DNA of 63,022 nt, filler included, from Globobulimina sp. (GCA_003354225.1; 30 parts of 30 records of this genome joined end to end with filler, not necessarily neighbours in it); one strand, 5' to 3'. Positions 35,944 through 48,974 are shown, numbered from the whole stretch's first letter. Made by a program: numbers and translations. Notes: a model not told the origin generated them from the sequence alone.

Positions 35944-36345
35944 TCAAATGGAGCAGGTTTTTGGAAAGAAAAAAAAAAGATCAAGTTTGTAATTACAAGC
36001 CGCAATACACTCATTCTCGAAATCAAGTCCTTGACAGCAAACTGGAGAATATTCAGTATCACATGTATAAATATCGCAGATTCCTAATGAACAATCTTTG
36101 CTGTGATATGCAACTTTGTGTGATATTTGCATTGCGCTCGATGTTTGTGGACATATTCCCTGTACACATTGTTGATTTACATTGTTTATTCCAGCACAAT
36201 CCGCAATACACAGATTAATATATGTAATATCCGAACAGCAGTAAGGATCACTGTTATCATTGCACTCAAATTCACATTCTGGTATTTCCCTATTGACTGT
36301 GTCGACGTCTACGTTGCTTTTGATGAATTCATACAGTATGTTTTA
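35944..36345 (-). CDS. Kazal-like Cys-rich repeat protein (boundaries uncertain)
   Basis: CEFECNDNSDPYCCSDITYINLCIADCAG...CVQGIC and CDIYTCDTEYSPVCCQGLDFENECIAAC. Confidence 0.65.
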
Positions 36346-36535
36346 TATTAAATTAAATGAATTTGATGGTTTTTTTTGTTTAGCTAATGAATGCATACTG
36401 GATTGACATAGAGCAAAATTGTTGATGGTAACACATTCGTATCCTGATGAGAGTGATAATAATGAGCGAGTAGAGCAAGTTATAATTGGGGTTATAAGTT
36501 ATAACAAAAGAAAATTAAATAAAAACGAATTAATA

Positions 36536-37648
36536 TTATTTTTGCCTGAGCGGCGCTGGTTGGCGTTGGCTTCGGCTTCGGCTTCGTGGTTGGCGTTGGC
36601 TTTGGCTTTGTTGGCTTCGAGACGCGACTGTTGCAGTTGCAGTTGCAGTTCCAGTTGGTAGACCGTCTTGCAGTCGGACTTTAACAACGCCACTTTGTCG
36701 TGTTGCAGTTGTATCTCCGACCAAATATCCACTAATTTCCTCGTTACAATCTACGAAACTACGCCAAAACTTTTGTGCGCGTTTCAATATTTCAGTGTCT
36801 CTCTTTTGTTCCAACTCATCGACAGCGGACACCAATAACCTTCGTGACTCCGTCAATTCTACCAATGCAGCAGCAGCAGCTCCCTTTGCTTTATCCACCT
36901 GTTCCTTTTTTTTCGCCTTAGCTTTCTCCAAGTTCTCCAGTGAAAATACCGCAGTGTCGTAGCTGTCTTTAATCAGATAATAATCCAATTTCATCTTGCT
37001 TCTTTCAGGAATGTCACTTTGTGCAAATTGGTCCAAAGGCTCCAATATTTGCTCTGGCAGCGCAGCCAAATACCTTAACTTTGTGTTTGCTAAGAAAAGC
37101 ATATGTGTGCCAATTTTATGAGAGGTCTCCTGGTTTACCACCGTCGCCTGCAATTTTTTTGATAGCTCCTGCATCTCCCTGGCAGTCTCTACACTGGATT
37201 TATAAAAGCTGCGTGCAGCATTTGCAATGGGCAGTATTTCTTTTTTCATGCTTTTTAACCGTTCCAATGCAGATTCGACTTTAGCTGTTTCCTGTGACTT
37301 TGGAGCAGCTTTGCCCAGTTTTCGTACACCTCCGAGGACACGAATGCCCTTAAATATTCCTGCTGTGAATTGGTAACCACTTTCAGTGTATGCTTGTTTG
37401 GCTTTGCGACCCATGGATTCTCCCCATCGGCTTGGTTTTCGAAACATTTCTGGTGTTTCAGGTATAAGCATTGATGAAATAACTCGATCTCCTATTCCCT
37501 CTAATCCTAATTCACTCTGTTCAGAGGCACTTAATCCTGATAATGCGTTTGTGGGATGATCGTCTCGCGGAACTGCTGCTGCACTGGCTGCTGACACAGA
37601 CATTGCAGTTAATAATATCAATGCAATCGATGCTGATTTAATACCCAT
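36536..37648 (-). CDS. Helical BAR-like domain protein with N-terminal signal-like peptide
   Basis: MGIKSASIALILLTAMSVSA, then long amphipathic helices including EQILEPLDQFAQSDI...KMKLDYYLIKDSYD. Confidence 0.5.
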   Translation of the reverse strand: MGIKSASIALILLTAMSVSAASAAAVPRDDHPTNALSGLSASEQSELGLEGIGDRVISSMLIPETPEMFRKPSRWGESMGRKAKQAYTESGYQFTAGIFKGIRVLGGVRKLGKAAPKSQETAKVESALERLKSMKKEILPIANAARSFYKSSVETAREMQELSKKLQATVVNQETSHKIGTHMLFLANTKLRYLAALPEQILEPLDQFAQSDIPERSKMKLDYYLIKDSYDTAVFSLENLEKAKAKKKEQVDKAKGAAAAALVELTESRRLLVSAVDELEQKRDTEILKRAQKFWRSFVDCNEEISGYLVGDTTATRQSGVVKVRLQDGLPTGTATATATVASRSQQSQSQRQPRSRSRSQRQPAPLRQK

Positions 37649-37981
37649 ACTTGTACTTTTTTTATAATATCAATCGACAAATGCAACAATAAACAATTCC
37701 AGTAATCGAAAATTCTATGGAATGTTTAAAGAGAAAATGAAGGAAAAAGTTATGTATTATGAGTACTTTCGTCAATTATGAGTCGATGGCNNNNNNNNNN
37801 NNNNNNNNNNNNNNNNNNNNNNNNNNNNNNNNNNTTAATTAATTAANNNNNNNNNNNNNNNNNNNNNNNNNNNNNNNNNNNNNNNNNNNNAGCGATAATG
37901 TATTAAAGAAAGCACTACGTATATGTTTTTAGTTATTTGATAACGTCATAATAATAAGGGGTTGTTCTTATATTGCGCAAT

Positions 37982-38149
37982 ATAAATTTGGACCTAGGAC
38001 CTAGGTATCCTTAATTGCATTAAATTGCAATAACTCGAGACTTGTCTGTGATCCATATTGTTGTGCTAAATAAGCTTGCGTTAAAAGCCCACAACTCAAT
38101 TGCAATAAATTGCAATAACCATATACCTAGGTCCTAGGTCCAAATTTAT
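37982..38149. mobile_element. MITE-like element, 168 bp with perfect 27-bp terminal inverted repeats
   Basis: ATAAATTTGGACCTAGGACCTAGGTAT (37982-38008) and its reverse complement (38123-38149). Internal direct repeat AATTGCA(T/A)TAAATTGCAATAAC x2. Confidence 0.75.
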
Positions 38150-38458
38150 GGTATTTGAATAGAAAAAACGCATGAAATTTGAATATAAAAAAAGATAATT
38201 TAGTGGTGATAGCCACTACCATTAAAACAAGGAAAAAGAAAATAGAAAAAGTGGAAAAAAATGGAAAAAAAAAGGAAATAAATTACCGTAAAATGACTGA
38301 AAAATGTTGGATAAAATTGAAAAAAATGAATATGATGATGAGCTAGTTTATGACCATCATTACTATAATTATACAGTAATTTGTTTTTGTTGATCTGACA
38401 GTTAACTGTCAGATATCTATCCTTGCACACGCAAAAAAACATTTATTTTCGTTTCTAT

Positions 38459-38491
38459 CTTTCTACTAACTTTCTACTAACTTTCTACTAA
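38459..38491 (+). repeat. Tandem repeat (CTTTCTACTAA)3
   Basis: Three exact 11-bp units. Confidence 0.9.
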
Positions 38492-38648
38492 TGGCAACTT
38501 GCTGATTATTTTGAATCTCAATATAAACGCATATAGTCTTCACATAGTGTCAGGAGTACTCACTCAATCCGATAACAAGGGTTCACCAGTGAACTATTGC
38601 AAATTCAATTAGATCATACAGTTAGTAGTCACAACCAAATACATAAAT

Positions 38649-39530
38649 ATGTCGAGATATAATGCAAATAATGGCGGAATTAGCGGTTTAAGAAATTTTA
38701 GACAAAACAAAAACGATCGAAATGCAGCGCCTATACAAAATAATATTACCAGAATCGAAGAAACGCGAAACTATAACAAGAAAAAATCAATGAACGAGCA
38801 TAAAAAATTGGACGCAATATTTGATTGCTTTGCGTATAAAGTACAGTTTTATGAGAGGATGCATTATCGCATCGTAGGAGGACGTATGGGGATAACATTA
38901 TATTTCATGAATATGCAAAAGGATAAGGGCCATTATCTGAATGACCCAGTAAAATATGATAAAATATTTGCGAATATATTCCCACTGTGGCGACGGTTGA
39001 AGGCATGGTGTAGGGGTCAAGGAAGAACGAGAAACTGCGGAGATAAATTTGCGGAATTAACATTTTCATGGGATAATGACAGATATGCCATCGCAGACTC
39101 ATCCATTTATTGTGTGGAGGAATTTGTTGTTTTAGTGAGGCAAATTTTTAATCAGTTAAAGAGATATAGGGTTCAAAGAGATTATGCCTTCGGGAAAACG
39201 CTCGGAGCGGACTTTAACATAAATATTAGTCGACGACGATACGATGCCCCCAAATTAGCAAAATTTGTATGTAATAATGCATTTATTTCAGCCAAATTCT
39301 ATGATTCTAGAACCTACGAAGATGATGTTACTGCACGCGAGATATTACAGACAGTGACAAACAACTACAACGGCTACAAAATTACGTGTGAGAGATTTGG
39401 TGACATCTCGAAAAAAATCAGTCAGTCACTTTTATTAACGTCGTCAGGCCGCATTGACTTAAATTGGTTGGAGCAAAATATCCAATCAAGTGGAGTCACC
39501 GAGAAAGAAACGCGAGGCCTGGACAAATGA
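38649..39530 (+). CDS. Uncharacterised intronless protein; probably continues by frameshift or splice into 39490-39729
   Basis: 293-aa ATG-initiated ORF with no recognised motif. Confidence 0.55.
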   Translation: MSRYNANNGGISGLRNFRQNKNDRNAAPIQNNITRIEETRNYNKKKSMNEHKKLDAIFDCFAYKVQFYERMHYRIVGGRMGITLYFMNMQKDKGHYLNDPVKYDKIFANIFPLWRRLKAWCRGQGRTRNCGDKFAELTFSWDNDRYAIADSSIYCVEEFVVLVRQIFNQLKRYRVQRDYAFGKTLGADFNINISRRRYDAPKLAKFVCNNAFISAKFYDSRTYEDDVTAREILQTVTNNYNGYKITCERFGDISKKISQSLLLTSSGRIDLNWLEQNIQSSGVTEKETRGLDK

Positions 39531-40671
39531 GATGAAATTAAAGAACTTCAACGAGCAAAAGTTGGAGGTCGGCAACAAGAAATTATTGATTTGGGATATC
39601 AAATCGCACGATTTTTGTGATGAGATATTGACAGAATTGAGGAATAGATTTAAAATGAATGAAAATGGTGAGCTATTACTTATGGACTGGAATGCAATCG
39701 TAGCGGACTGGAATGGTTCGTTAAGGTAGTACCGGAACTAAGCAATTAGGATTTGTATGACATGATAATATAATGCTAGATTAAAGAGAATTGAATGGAA
39801 TTCAAAAATTCTTTCAACACATAATAGCGATGATTCTCAGGTATGTTTGTACATGAAATAAATTATGTTTCTGTTGTACATGATATTTAGAAANNNNNNN
39901 NNNNNNNNNNNNNNNNNNNNNNNNNNNNNNNNNNNNNTTAATTAATTAANNNNNNNNNNNNNNNNNNNNNNNNNNNNNNNNNNNNNNNNNNNNTAAAGCA
40001 TGTTGTAAATTTGGGATTGTTTGATTGTGCATCATATCAGAAACGTTTGCGATTGTTATGCGCGGGAAACAGTGCGACGGTTTGGGTAATGTTGGAATTT
40101 GTAATTGTACACTACTTAAATCGTGCGTTTTTTTCGCCATTACCTGCCATTGTTGGCCGATGAGCCAACATATTGAGTGACTTTGTTGAACAACGTAAAT
40201 GTGGTAATTTAGCTGTGTAGTGTGTTGATAATCTTTCACCTGAATAATAACTGTTGCATCGCATAAAGACGATAGACGCTGAATGGACACATTCGATTTG
40301 AGATCTTGATTTTGCATCAGCTGGTAATTGCCATTTGGAATACTATTCAATTCGTTGTAAGCATTTACATCATAACTAATTACTTCCCAAATGCTAAATG
40401 CATACAGTCTGGATTCTATAGCTGTTGATAGGAGATGGAGATTTAATAAGACCACCAAATAATGTGCAATCATTGTTATTGCCATTGATTACTTCCGAGA
40501 CTTGCGAAATTAGACTTGATGATGCAAGCAAAATTGTTAAAATTAAGAAAACTTTTGGTTTGAAATTGTGGACTGAAAACGTTATGAAATCGGAGTGTGA
40601 CGGAATGTATATTATGTAGCTAGTGAAACAGCAACACATTGCAAGAACTACTCGGTGGAAAGACAACATCA

Positions 40672-41760
40672 TCAATCATTGTCAAGTGCAGTTATGGTAA
40701 ATTCTAAATCTCCATCGATCTCATAATCATCATCCAAATCAACTGCAACATTCTGTTCAAACATTTCCCATTTTAACCCTTCATCCGTTTCCATTTCATT
40801 AACAATATCATCCATAATCATTTCATTTGCACCATTTACATTCAACAATACATCTCCGAATTTTTCTGGTTTCGATTCCCTAACAATAGTTTTGTCTCCT
40901 TCTGCGACACTCAAATCGACCTTGATAGTATTTGCTTGTTTAGATATCGCCATCGATCGTTTATAACAATTATCCAACACTGGCTTAGCTTTAATAGACG
41001 CGTGCATTTGTTGTGATTGATAAACCTTTTTCTTTCCGGATCGACGACACGCGGCCAAACCGATAAATATCACACACAAAATACTAAACAACAAGACAAC
41101 TCCGATTAGCTGAACCATTTTATCCTCAATTTTATCCTCAATTTTATCATTGTGGTTGGTTGCAATTGCTGAGATTTCCAACAAAACATTGTCATCATAA
41201 ATAGCAGCGGTACCAATGGCTGCTTGTACGCCATCATAAATCCCATCGGTGTCAGTCAATGTAGGTGAACCATGAGCAGATGAATGTGCTTCATGCAACG
41301 ATCCAGGATGTGAATTTGTGTCAAATGGTAAAATCAAACGTGGGTAGGATGAAAATACTTCTTTTTGCGATGATGTTTCTGATTCTGTATCGGAATCAGC
41401 TAACAGCGGTGCGGATAAATTGGATTGTTGTGCCTGTGCATCCTGTCGAATCTCTGAATTTCGAGTAGATACCGGTGGCTCTGGAGGTATTAATGAGGGA
41501 AATGGTTTTACAGTGATTGTAAGGTTACTTGCATTCCAACAATTACGCCATGCAGTTTCTTGAGGGATTTTATGCAAAGAATTTATTTCTGCTCGGAATA
41601 CCCAGCCTGGCTTTAAAATTACACTGCCTGGACATAGCGTATTTGTTTTTGTTGGGGCTCTTTGTATTAACCAAATTATACTGTCATGTTTGTCAATCAA
41701 ATGTAGGAAATAATGGTGTTGTGTGTTTTTGTAATTGATCACTTGTTTGAATGGTTGGAA
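40672..41760 (-). CDS. Single-pass membrane protein (eukaryote-like; 5' end overlaps bacterial-looking DNA)
   Basis: Long ORF with a Ser/Thr-rich stalk, TM LIGVVLLFSILCVIFIGLAAC followed by RRSGKKK, and an acidic tail. Confidence 0.6.
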   Translation of the reverse strand, partial: FQPFKQVINYKNTQHHYFLHLIDKHDSIIWLIQRAPTKTNTLCPGSVILKPGWVFRAEINSLHKIPQETAWRNCWNASNLTITVKPFPSLIPPEPPVSTRNSEIRQDAQAQQSNLSAPLLADSDTESETSSQKEVFSSYPRLILPFDTNSHPGSLHEAHSSAHGSPTLTDTDGIYDGVQAAIGTAAIYDDNVLLEISAIATNHNDKIEDKIEDKMVQLIGVVLLFSILCVIFIGLAACRRSGKKKVYQSQQMHASIKAKPVLDNCYKRSMAISKQANTIKVDLSVAEGDKTIVRESKPEKFGDVLLNVNGANEMIMDDIVNEMETDEGLKWEMFEQNVAVDLDDDYEIDGDLEFTITALDND

Positions 41761-41827
41761 ATGATTGAATCCTTCTCTTATTATTTTGTCAGTTATTGCT
41801 CGTTTATCTTCCATGGAGGGTTTTCTT

Positions 41828-41996
41828 TTGAAAAAAACAGCGATTATTTTTCTCATAGCACTACTTATGCCTTTCTCAGCTTTTTCTGAAGAAAATGCTG
41901 AAAAGCTTACACTTGGCTATATTGAGTTTGCACCTTACACTTTTACGAATGAAGCCGGGAAGCCGGAAGGCATTCTTATTGATCTTGCCAGTAAGG
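41828..41996 (+). CDS. Bacterial periplasmic substrate-binding protein (family 3-like), N-terminal fragment
   Basis: GGAGGG ribosome-binding site 7 nt before TTG. MKKTAIIFLIALLMPFSAFS signal peptide, then LTLGYIEFAPYTFTNEAGKPEGILIDL. Confidence 0.75.
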
Positions 41997-44501
41997 NNNN
42001 NNNNNNNNNNNNNNNNNNNNNNNNNNNNNNNNNNNNNNNNTTAATTAATTAANNNNNNNNNNNNNNNNNNNNNNNNNNNNNNNNNNNNNNNNNNNNTTTA
42101 CTTGTTTGTCAGATGGCAGATTATGTCGATGAATTGTAATAGTATCATGAGGTGATGTTGACTCATCCTTTTGGCTTTGATGTCTTTGTTTCAGTCTCCA
42201 CCGCAGAGTCATGAATAATTATGTTTTTACCTGTTTTTATTAGTCTAATGGTTTGGTTATCATTGATTGGGTTAAATTTGTCTCAGTCCCAAGGTGTATT
42301 TGTTGTATTCATGTTACTGAGTTGAGTTGAAAGTGTGCATTGCAATAAATCTCTTATTATTGTTCCATTTGTACTCAGCAATTTGGAGTATTATTGCTTG
42401 TGGATATTTTTGTTGTAAGTATTTTAAATCAAAATCATTTAATATTTATACAATATCAGAAGTAAGATGCTATTTGATTGGCAACATCATTTATTATATT
42501 GTGTTGAATTTGATTTTCAATGTATTGTCTCTATCAAACTTATGGATTGGCACAATGATTAAAATTATCACAATATTTGTTTTTTTATGCCATTGTGTTA
42601 TGATATATAGTCTAAATGCATCGTATTTGTTGTGTTTTTGGAGGTTTCTAATTTTATCCAATTTGTTTGTTGTTATTTTGATAACCTTTTGTATTTTGGA
42701 TTTCTGGCAATGCTTAATATTATTTCACGCATTGGGTTCAATCATTACATGTTCATTAATTTATTCCACAATGGGCTCATCATGAGAAAAATTGGAAAAA
42801 TCACACTGCATTCATACAGTACTAGTATTTCCAATAAATCTAATTATAAGGCTATAGCTAGAGTGTTGTTAGTAGGTAGCTATGAAATATTAATGACTTT
42901 CGTGTGCTACTGCTGCGTTGCAAAACAAAACAGCCAGTTTCAATATCTTTCTTCAAAACGTTTTTGTTGCAAGCTTAAGATGCATATGTCCTATCTTGAG
43001 ATGTCGTATACAATTGTATTAATGTGCATGAGTTATGCCTGAATCCATTAAAATCTGACCAGAGGAGATGAGTCATTAATAGAAAAGTGTGATGAACCTA
43101 TGAAAAATAACAGTTTGCGTTAGTTCGTTTGCGATGCAGATTCGCAACAAATGGACCTAGCTCTTCTCATCATACTTTCAGGAAAAGTACTCATCTCATT
43201 TGTTACATTACATTAATTTCATTAAATTATTGATAATATACAGAAGCATGGACATTATTAACATTGTTCTATTTTATGAGTGGGTATATCGGCTGCGAAA
43301 AATATAAGAAAAATTGCTATCAAGATTATGAACTTCAAACTTATTTAATTGGCAGTGCTACTTACAATTTTGCATTAGCATTAATTTGGAAAATCTACAG
43401 ACCACCAATAGCACCCTTCAATTCACCGCGGATCCCTAAAACATTAATATTGTTTACATTTATATATTTATTGATGGCAATGAAAAGAACTGGATTACGA
43501 TCCTCAATGTCTTGGTTTGCACTGGTACTCAGTGGTACAATTATAATAATTATATAAATAACATGCATGCATTAATAATATAAATAGGTTACCTTAGCAA
43601 TGATTAAAGCCATGGTACAAATAAAATATCATCGAAAATTGGATGAGTTTGGTTGGTTATTGCTAAATAATGGAGTGCAGTCAATTGTGTTTGGATTAAT
43701 TTATAGAACTTGCGCATGGACGTTAGTGACAGAATAAATATGAAGTACTTTGACTCAGACTCGGACTCACTTGACAGTCGACAGATTGCCGTGCAAGGAT
43801 GCATATGAATGATATAACTATTTTTCAAAAAACACAAAAACGATTCTAATCATTTTATCTGTACGACATTTGTATTTGATTTGCAGTCTGTATGTGTCTG
43901 TCATATGCATTGTTGTTAATTAATGATATTTTGTCAGGTGAATGAACGGCTACATTTATAGGTGTATGATTACCATCGATATCATGTTTTTTATTAATTA
44001 TATCCAATTTTGGTAAAGGTATTATCTTTTGTTTGCTCTTTTTTTTATTTTTATTTTTATTTTTATTTTTATTTGATGGAGAACTACTTAATCGAATACN
44101 NNNNNNNNNNNNNNNNNNNNNNNNNNNNNNNNNNNNNNNNNNNTTAATTAATTAANNNNNNNNNNNNNNNNNNNNNNNNNNNNNNNNNNNNNNNNNNNNA
44201 TTTGTCATTGTCATGTATTATATTTATCAACTCATTTGTTGCCATATTATCAATGCAATCAAAGAATGAAAAGGTTTATAAAGCTGCAGCATTTGAACCC
44301 TTTTTGAAAGAATCATTGTTGTTGTAAATAATTTTTGTTTTTCATTACAATCTGTCTTTATATTTTGATTGTAGATCGAGTGAAGTGAGGTGTAGTTAGA
44401 GAGTAAATCACTACCTATACACAGTATTATCCATGACTGTGAGTAAAAGTAAATGAGAAAAGTTTTTTTTTAGAATAATCTCACAAATCTTTTATTAAAT
44501 C

Positions 44502-45909
44502 ATGCGTTCGGTGTTTGGTTTTATTTTCTCTGTTATTTTATACTATTATGGTGCGTTCGCCAATGTTCAATTGTCTGTTGAATATTTCGAGACACGACAA
44601 CTTTGGTTATTTGCACTCATTTTAATTATTTTAGTTGGCAGTATCATTTGCCAAATTGGCCTATTTCTAAAAGACCGTAAAACAGCACACGACAATAATT
44701 TTCTATCAATACTGTTAATGGTAACATTCACGTGGCCATTATTCTTATTATATAAATTATGTCAATTACCATCAGAAGCAAATAGAAATGATATAATTGG
44801 CTTATTTAATGTTGTTGGTACAGCTGCCTTTTACGTGGAAGGACCATTATTACAGTTAATTGAAATATTTCTGATATCACAAAAATGGTTTGCCTCAAAC
44901 CATCGTCAAAAATCGGATATTACCACTTCATTAACTATTGACATTCCGATATCTTCAGAATGGGGCACAATGTGGTTGTTATTATCATTGATTGCTACAT
45001 ATTTCCAATTTAGTGAGGCAGCATTCCAGAGAGTTAGGCCGATTATCAATGAAATACGATATACATATCAAGGATTGGCGCAAATCCACATATTAATTTT
45101 GTATCGGTATGTTTTTCAGTTTTTGGGTTTGCAAGGTTTGCTAACAGTTTTTGTAAAGTTTGTCCGTCTTCAATTTCAGTATAAGGTGTTACTTGGAAAC
45201 ATTGTTGAGAGGTTTACGATTTTTGGTGATTTCTGCTGTATTTGGTTGGATTAGTGGCTGGTTTATAATAATTGAAATATTGTTTAAATGTTTAGCTGTC
45301 TCCAATTGTTCAATCGGTTATTTTATGCGAAATTATCCAACAAATCTAAAACGTATATACCAATTTACGGGTGTTTTAACGTGGTTGTTAATGTCATTGG
45401 ATATGTTTGAGAGCCGAAAAAGTTTTATGTTTTTATGGGATATTATTATTTGGACATTGGTGCAAATTATTATTTCGTTGGTTGGATCGTTTATTTTTTT
45501 TGAAAACGGAGTTTGTTCATCGTTTCATAGTGATTGTGTTACATGGCATATGTATGTTATCTTACTATCTGTTCAAGTAATTTTGTGCATTATATATTAC
45601 ATTACACCTTCAACACTGACAATTATAGAGTGTAATGATTATTATAATAAAAAATTTGGGCTATCAAAAGCAAATAACTCCGACAATAAAATGAGTGATG
45701 TTCAAATGTTAGAAAAAGAAATTAAAAATTCATCACCAGATAAAACCAGCAAATTACCAACGGATAATGAGAATACAGGCATGAAATTAAGCAATTCTGC
45801 AATATCACAAAAACAAAGTAAAACGTTACACTCTGAAAACGAAGATCAAAATGTTGTTGCTGTGTTTGATGTTATTGACGCTCCAGAAATAAATGATGTT
45901 GTTGAGTGA
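44502..45909 (+). CDS. Multi-pass membrane protein, XK-related-like (intron about 45108-45186)
   Basis: 8-10 hydrophobic segments. FYVEGPLLQLIEIF resembles the XK 'E-x-x-PQ' helix. Confidence 0.5.
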
Positions 45910-46302
45910 AAGAATGGTATGTTTTGGATAATATGTATGCATTTTCGCGTTTGCTTTTTTTTATATTAATGTCCACTCGTTTTATTTTGTTTGTTTTTTT
46001 TATATATAAAAACGATATATACTGTAACAATGTTAATCGTTTTTATACGCTGCCTAATAAGTTCTAAATTATTACAAATTGACAATTGACACATTACATA
46101 TGACATTTAACCTAAAACATACATTTTTATTTTTTATTGCAAGCACGATTGTAAGTGTTAATCCGATATACTGTAATTTATAAACTATTTTCTATCAAAT
46201 CANNNNNNNNNNNNNNNNNNNNNNNNNNNNNNNNNNNNNNNNNNNNTTAATTAATTAANNNNNNNNNNNNNNNNNNNNNNNNNNNNNNNNNNNNNNNNNN
46301 NN

Positions 46303-47323
46303 CAATTTGCTCAATTCGATATTCAAAGAGGTGCAATTCGCGCAGTAACCGTCCATATTGTTGTTGTGGCTCTGCGGTTCTGCAAAGATGGGCAATTTGG
46401 GAATGAGGGCTGGAATGTTTACGACGGGCGGCGGTGGCGGCGGTATGCTATTCATGCTGTTCAATATTGGCATATCAGAGGAACAGGCCGTGCTGGCAAT
46501 GGATTCCGACACTGACATTGACACCGACATCGAACTGGAAATCTTTGGGTGCAAAAAGGGCATTTTGTTGTTTGCGTCTTGTTTCATTAACTGTTTTTTC
46601 ATCCGCTTGTGCTTTTTTTTCTGTTTCAGCTTTTTCGTTTTTTCTACGAAATAATCCCGTTTACAGTTTGCTTTTTTTGTTTTGATCATTCGGATCCATT
46701 CATCTTTCTTTTTCTTTTGGTTTGCGGTCATCGCCGTCAATTCTGTCTCATTGAAATATATATTTTCCAATTTTTTGCGCAATCTGGATCTGTAATGATA
46801 TGCGTGAAATATGTCAGAACTTAATTCTTTTTTTTATATACCTGGCATATTGGAATGAAGTGTTTGGGAAAATATTGGAAGAGGCAGCTCGTGGTCGAGT
46901 AAATTTGCATTCGATGGCACATTCCAATAATTCAAATACAATGTATTTATGGAATTTATTTTGTAGTAGTTCAGATTTTTCCTGTTTCGATATGTGCAGA
47001 GCGACAGTGTCTAATCGATCGAGTATTTCTGGTAAATAATTTGTGGCCATTTCTGAGGCTTTTTGGTTCATCCACCATTTTTTCAAAGGATCTTTCCTTG
47101 CTTTTTTGTCAAAATCCTCAATTTTTTTTAAATAGGAGGCAATGCCATGGAATGCAAAATTAAATGAAAAATGCTTTCCTAAAGGTATTAACGAGACAGC
47201 TGCACATTTTTGCGTTAATGTTCTATTTATTGCTTCTATCCGTGTTACCATTATGGTGTATTCTTCCTTTTTGAAATCGCTGTACTTACCACCAGTAATT
47301 GCTGCATATTTATTGAGCTTCAT
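46303..47323 (-). CDS. Uncharacterised two-exon protein, Lys-rich with poly-Pro tract (3' partial)
   Basis: ORFs 46814-47323 and 46303-46782 are separated by a short GT-AG intron. Confidence 0.5.
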
Positions 47324-47409
47324 TGCTAAAATAATCGCGGTGAAATCGTTCGAATGCGTAAAATTAATTTTCCAGTACAGTCACACTGAAAAACAGCATC
47401 CCAGTCAAA

Positions 47410-48305
47410 ATGCAGTTATATTTATACTTTTTACCAGGAATATTCGCTTTTGTTATCGTGACAGCAGTAACCTATGCAACTGGTAAATGTGTCCCAACCA
47501 TTGGCACAATAATCACAACAATGCCTCAATTAATATTGATGGTTATCAATATAACATTTATCATTATCAACAGTCCAAATCACGCAGATATTAAACAAGC
47601 TTTATTCACGATACCAAGCGGTGTTATTGCGGAAGGAATGTTGTTATTGTCATGGAAATATATACCAAAAGTCATTGCATTTCAAAATCAAACACTAACA
47701 TTATTCATTTTGATTTTGAGCTCATTTTTATTTTGGTCCATTGCACCATTAACATTTGAAATATATTTCGAATTTACAAATTTCACTGACGATCTAATCG
47801 CATATGTCGCCGTTAGTGTTGCTTCGTTAACATTCATTATTGGCTTTGTTACAGCACTGACAGACACAAAGTCGATTGTTGATGAACCAAATGATCATAT
47901 TGTAACTCACAAAATTTATATAGCTCAAGGACTCGCAGTGATGACCACTGCGACATTATGCACTTATTTTGCCTCAGTTGGCTTAGGAATTTTGTCCGGA
48001 TTTATGAGCGTATTCCCATCGCTTTTAAGTGTGTCCATGATTTTTTTTTGGATGACAGATGGTGACAAATTACCAACGAAATCTGTTGGAAGTTTATTGC
48101 TTGGAATGCACGGAATTAATATATTTGCTCTTGTGACTGCATGGTTGTATTTGTCTGAGGAGTGGAATATTGTGCTTTCGTTATCAGTGTCATGGCTGAC
48201 TGCCATTGTAGTTGGTGAAATCCCCATGTTATTACTCATGAAATACACTGAAAAAAGAAATAAACGGTTACGGCCAGAACCGGCGCCGACCGTACCACCT
48301 TTGTT
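47410..48305 (+). CDS. Multi-pass membrane protein with internal duplication (3' partial)
   Basis: About 9-10 TM segments. IGTIITTMP and LSGFMSVFP look like repeated half-domains. Confidence 0.6.
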
Positions 48306-48974
48306 NNNNNNNNNNNNNNNNNNNNNNNNNNNNNNNNNNNNNNNNNNNNTTAATTAATTAANNNNNNNNNNNNNNNNNNNNNNNNNNNNNNNNNNNNNNN
48401 NNNNNTCGAATTGTAAATTCATTATTTAATTGGGACGATTTTTCCAAAAAACTGGTTGGTAGAAAGTGTGCAAATTGTGGAAGACAAGAAAATCTATTTG
48501 ACGATAATTATAAAATTGAAAGATTTTCGAAATGTTCTTCCTGTCAATCTGTGTTTTATTGTAATTCAAAATGCCAAAAAATTGATTGGAATAAACAGCA
48601 TCATAAGGAATGTAAATATATGACAAATAGGAAGCAGTTTATCGAATCTGTAAATGTGTTAAATTAATGCTAAAAATGGTGTTTTTTATTTCCAATTTGA
48701 TACAATTATTTAAAAGTAACATGTGATGTTATTTCATTTTAAAATATTTGCATAATTGAAATTAAAGTAATATTTTATATTTTAAATAAAATGCCCTTGC
48801 AAAAACAAGTCCTCACACAACATATACAGCTTTATTATACTAGCTCAACCAATAATATACGATTAATATCCAATATAATATGACTTTTTTTCTCATAGTA
48901 GTGGGGGCACATTCAGCCAGAGAGTAAGTCTGGCTCCATACTCACCGATTGCTTGAACATCCCGGCGAGGTTGT

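Noticed and set aside
36555-36655. 6-bp tandem units (TTGGCG/TTCGGC, TTGCAG)
   Set aside because: Ordinary low-complexity coding repeats at the end of the BAR-like ORF.
42097-44099. Hydrophobic ORFs 42327-42785, 42632-43042 and 43264-43557
   Set aside because: No consistent gene model on either strand. Probably decayed sequence, and no call can be supported.
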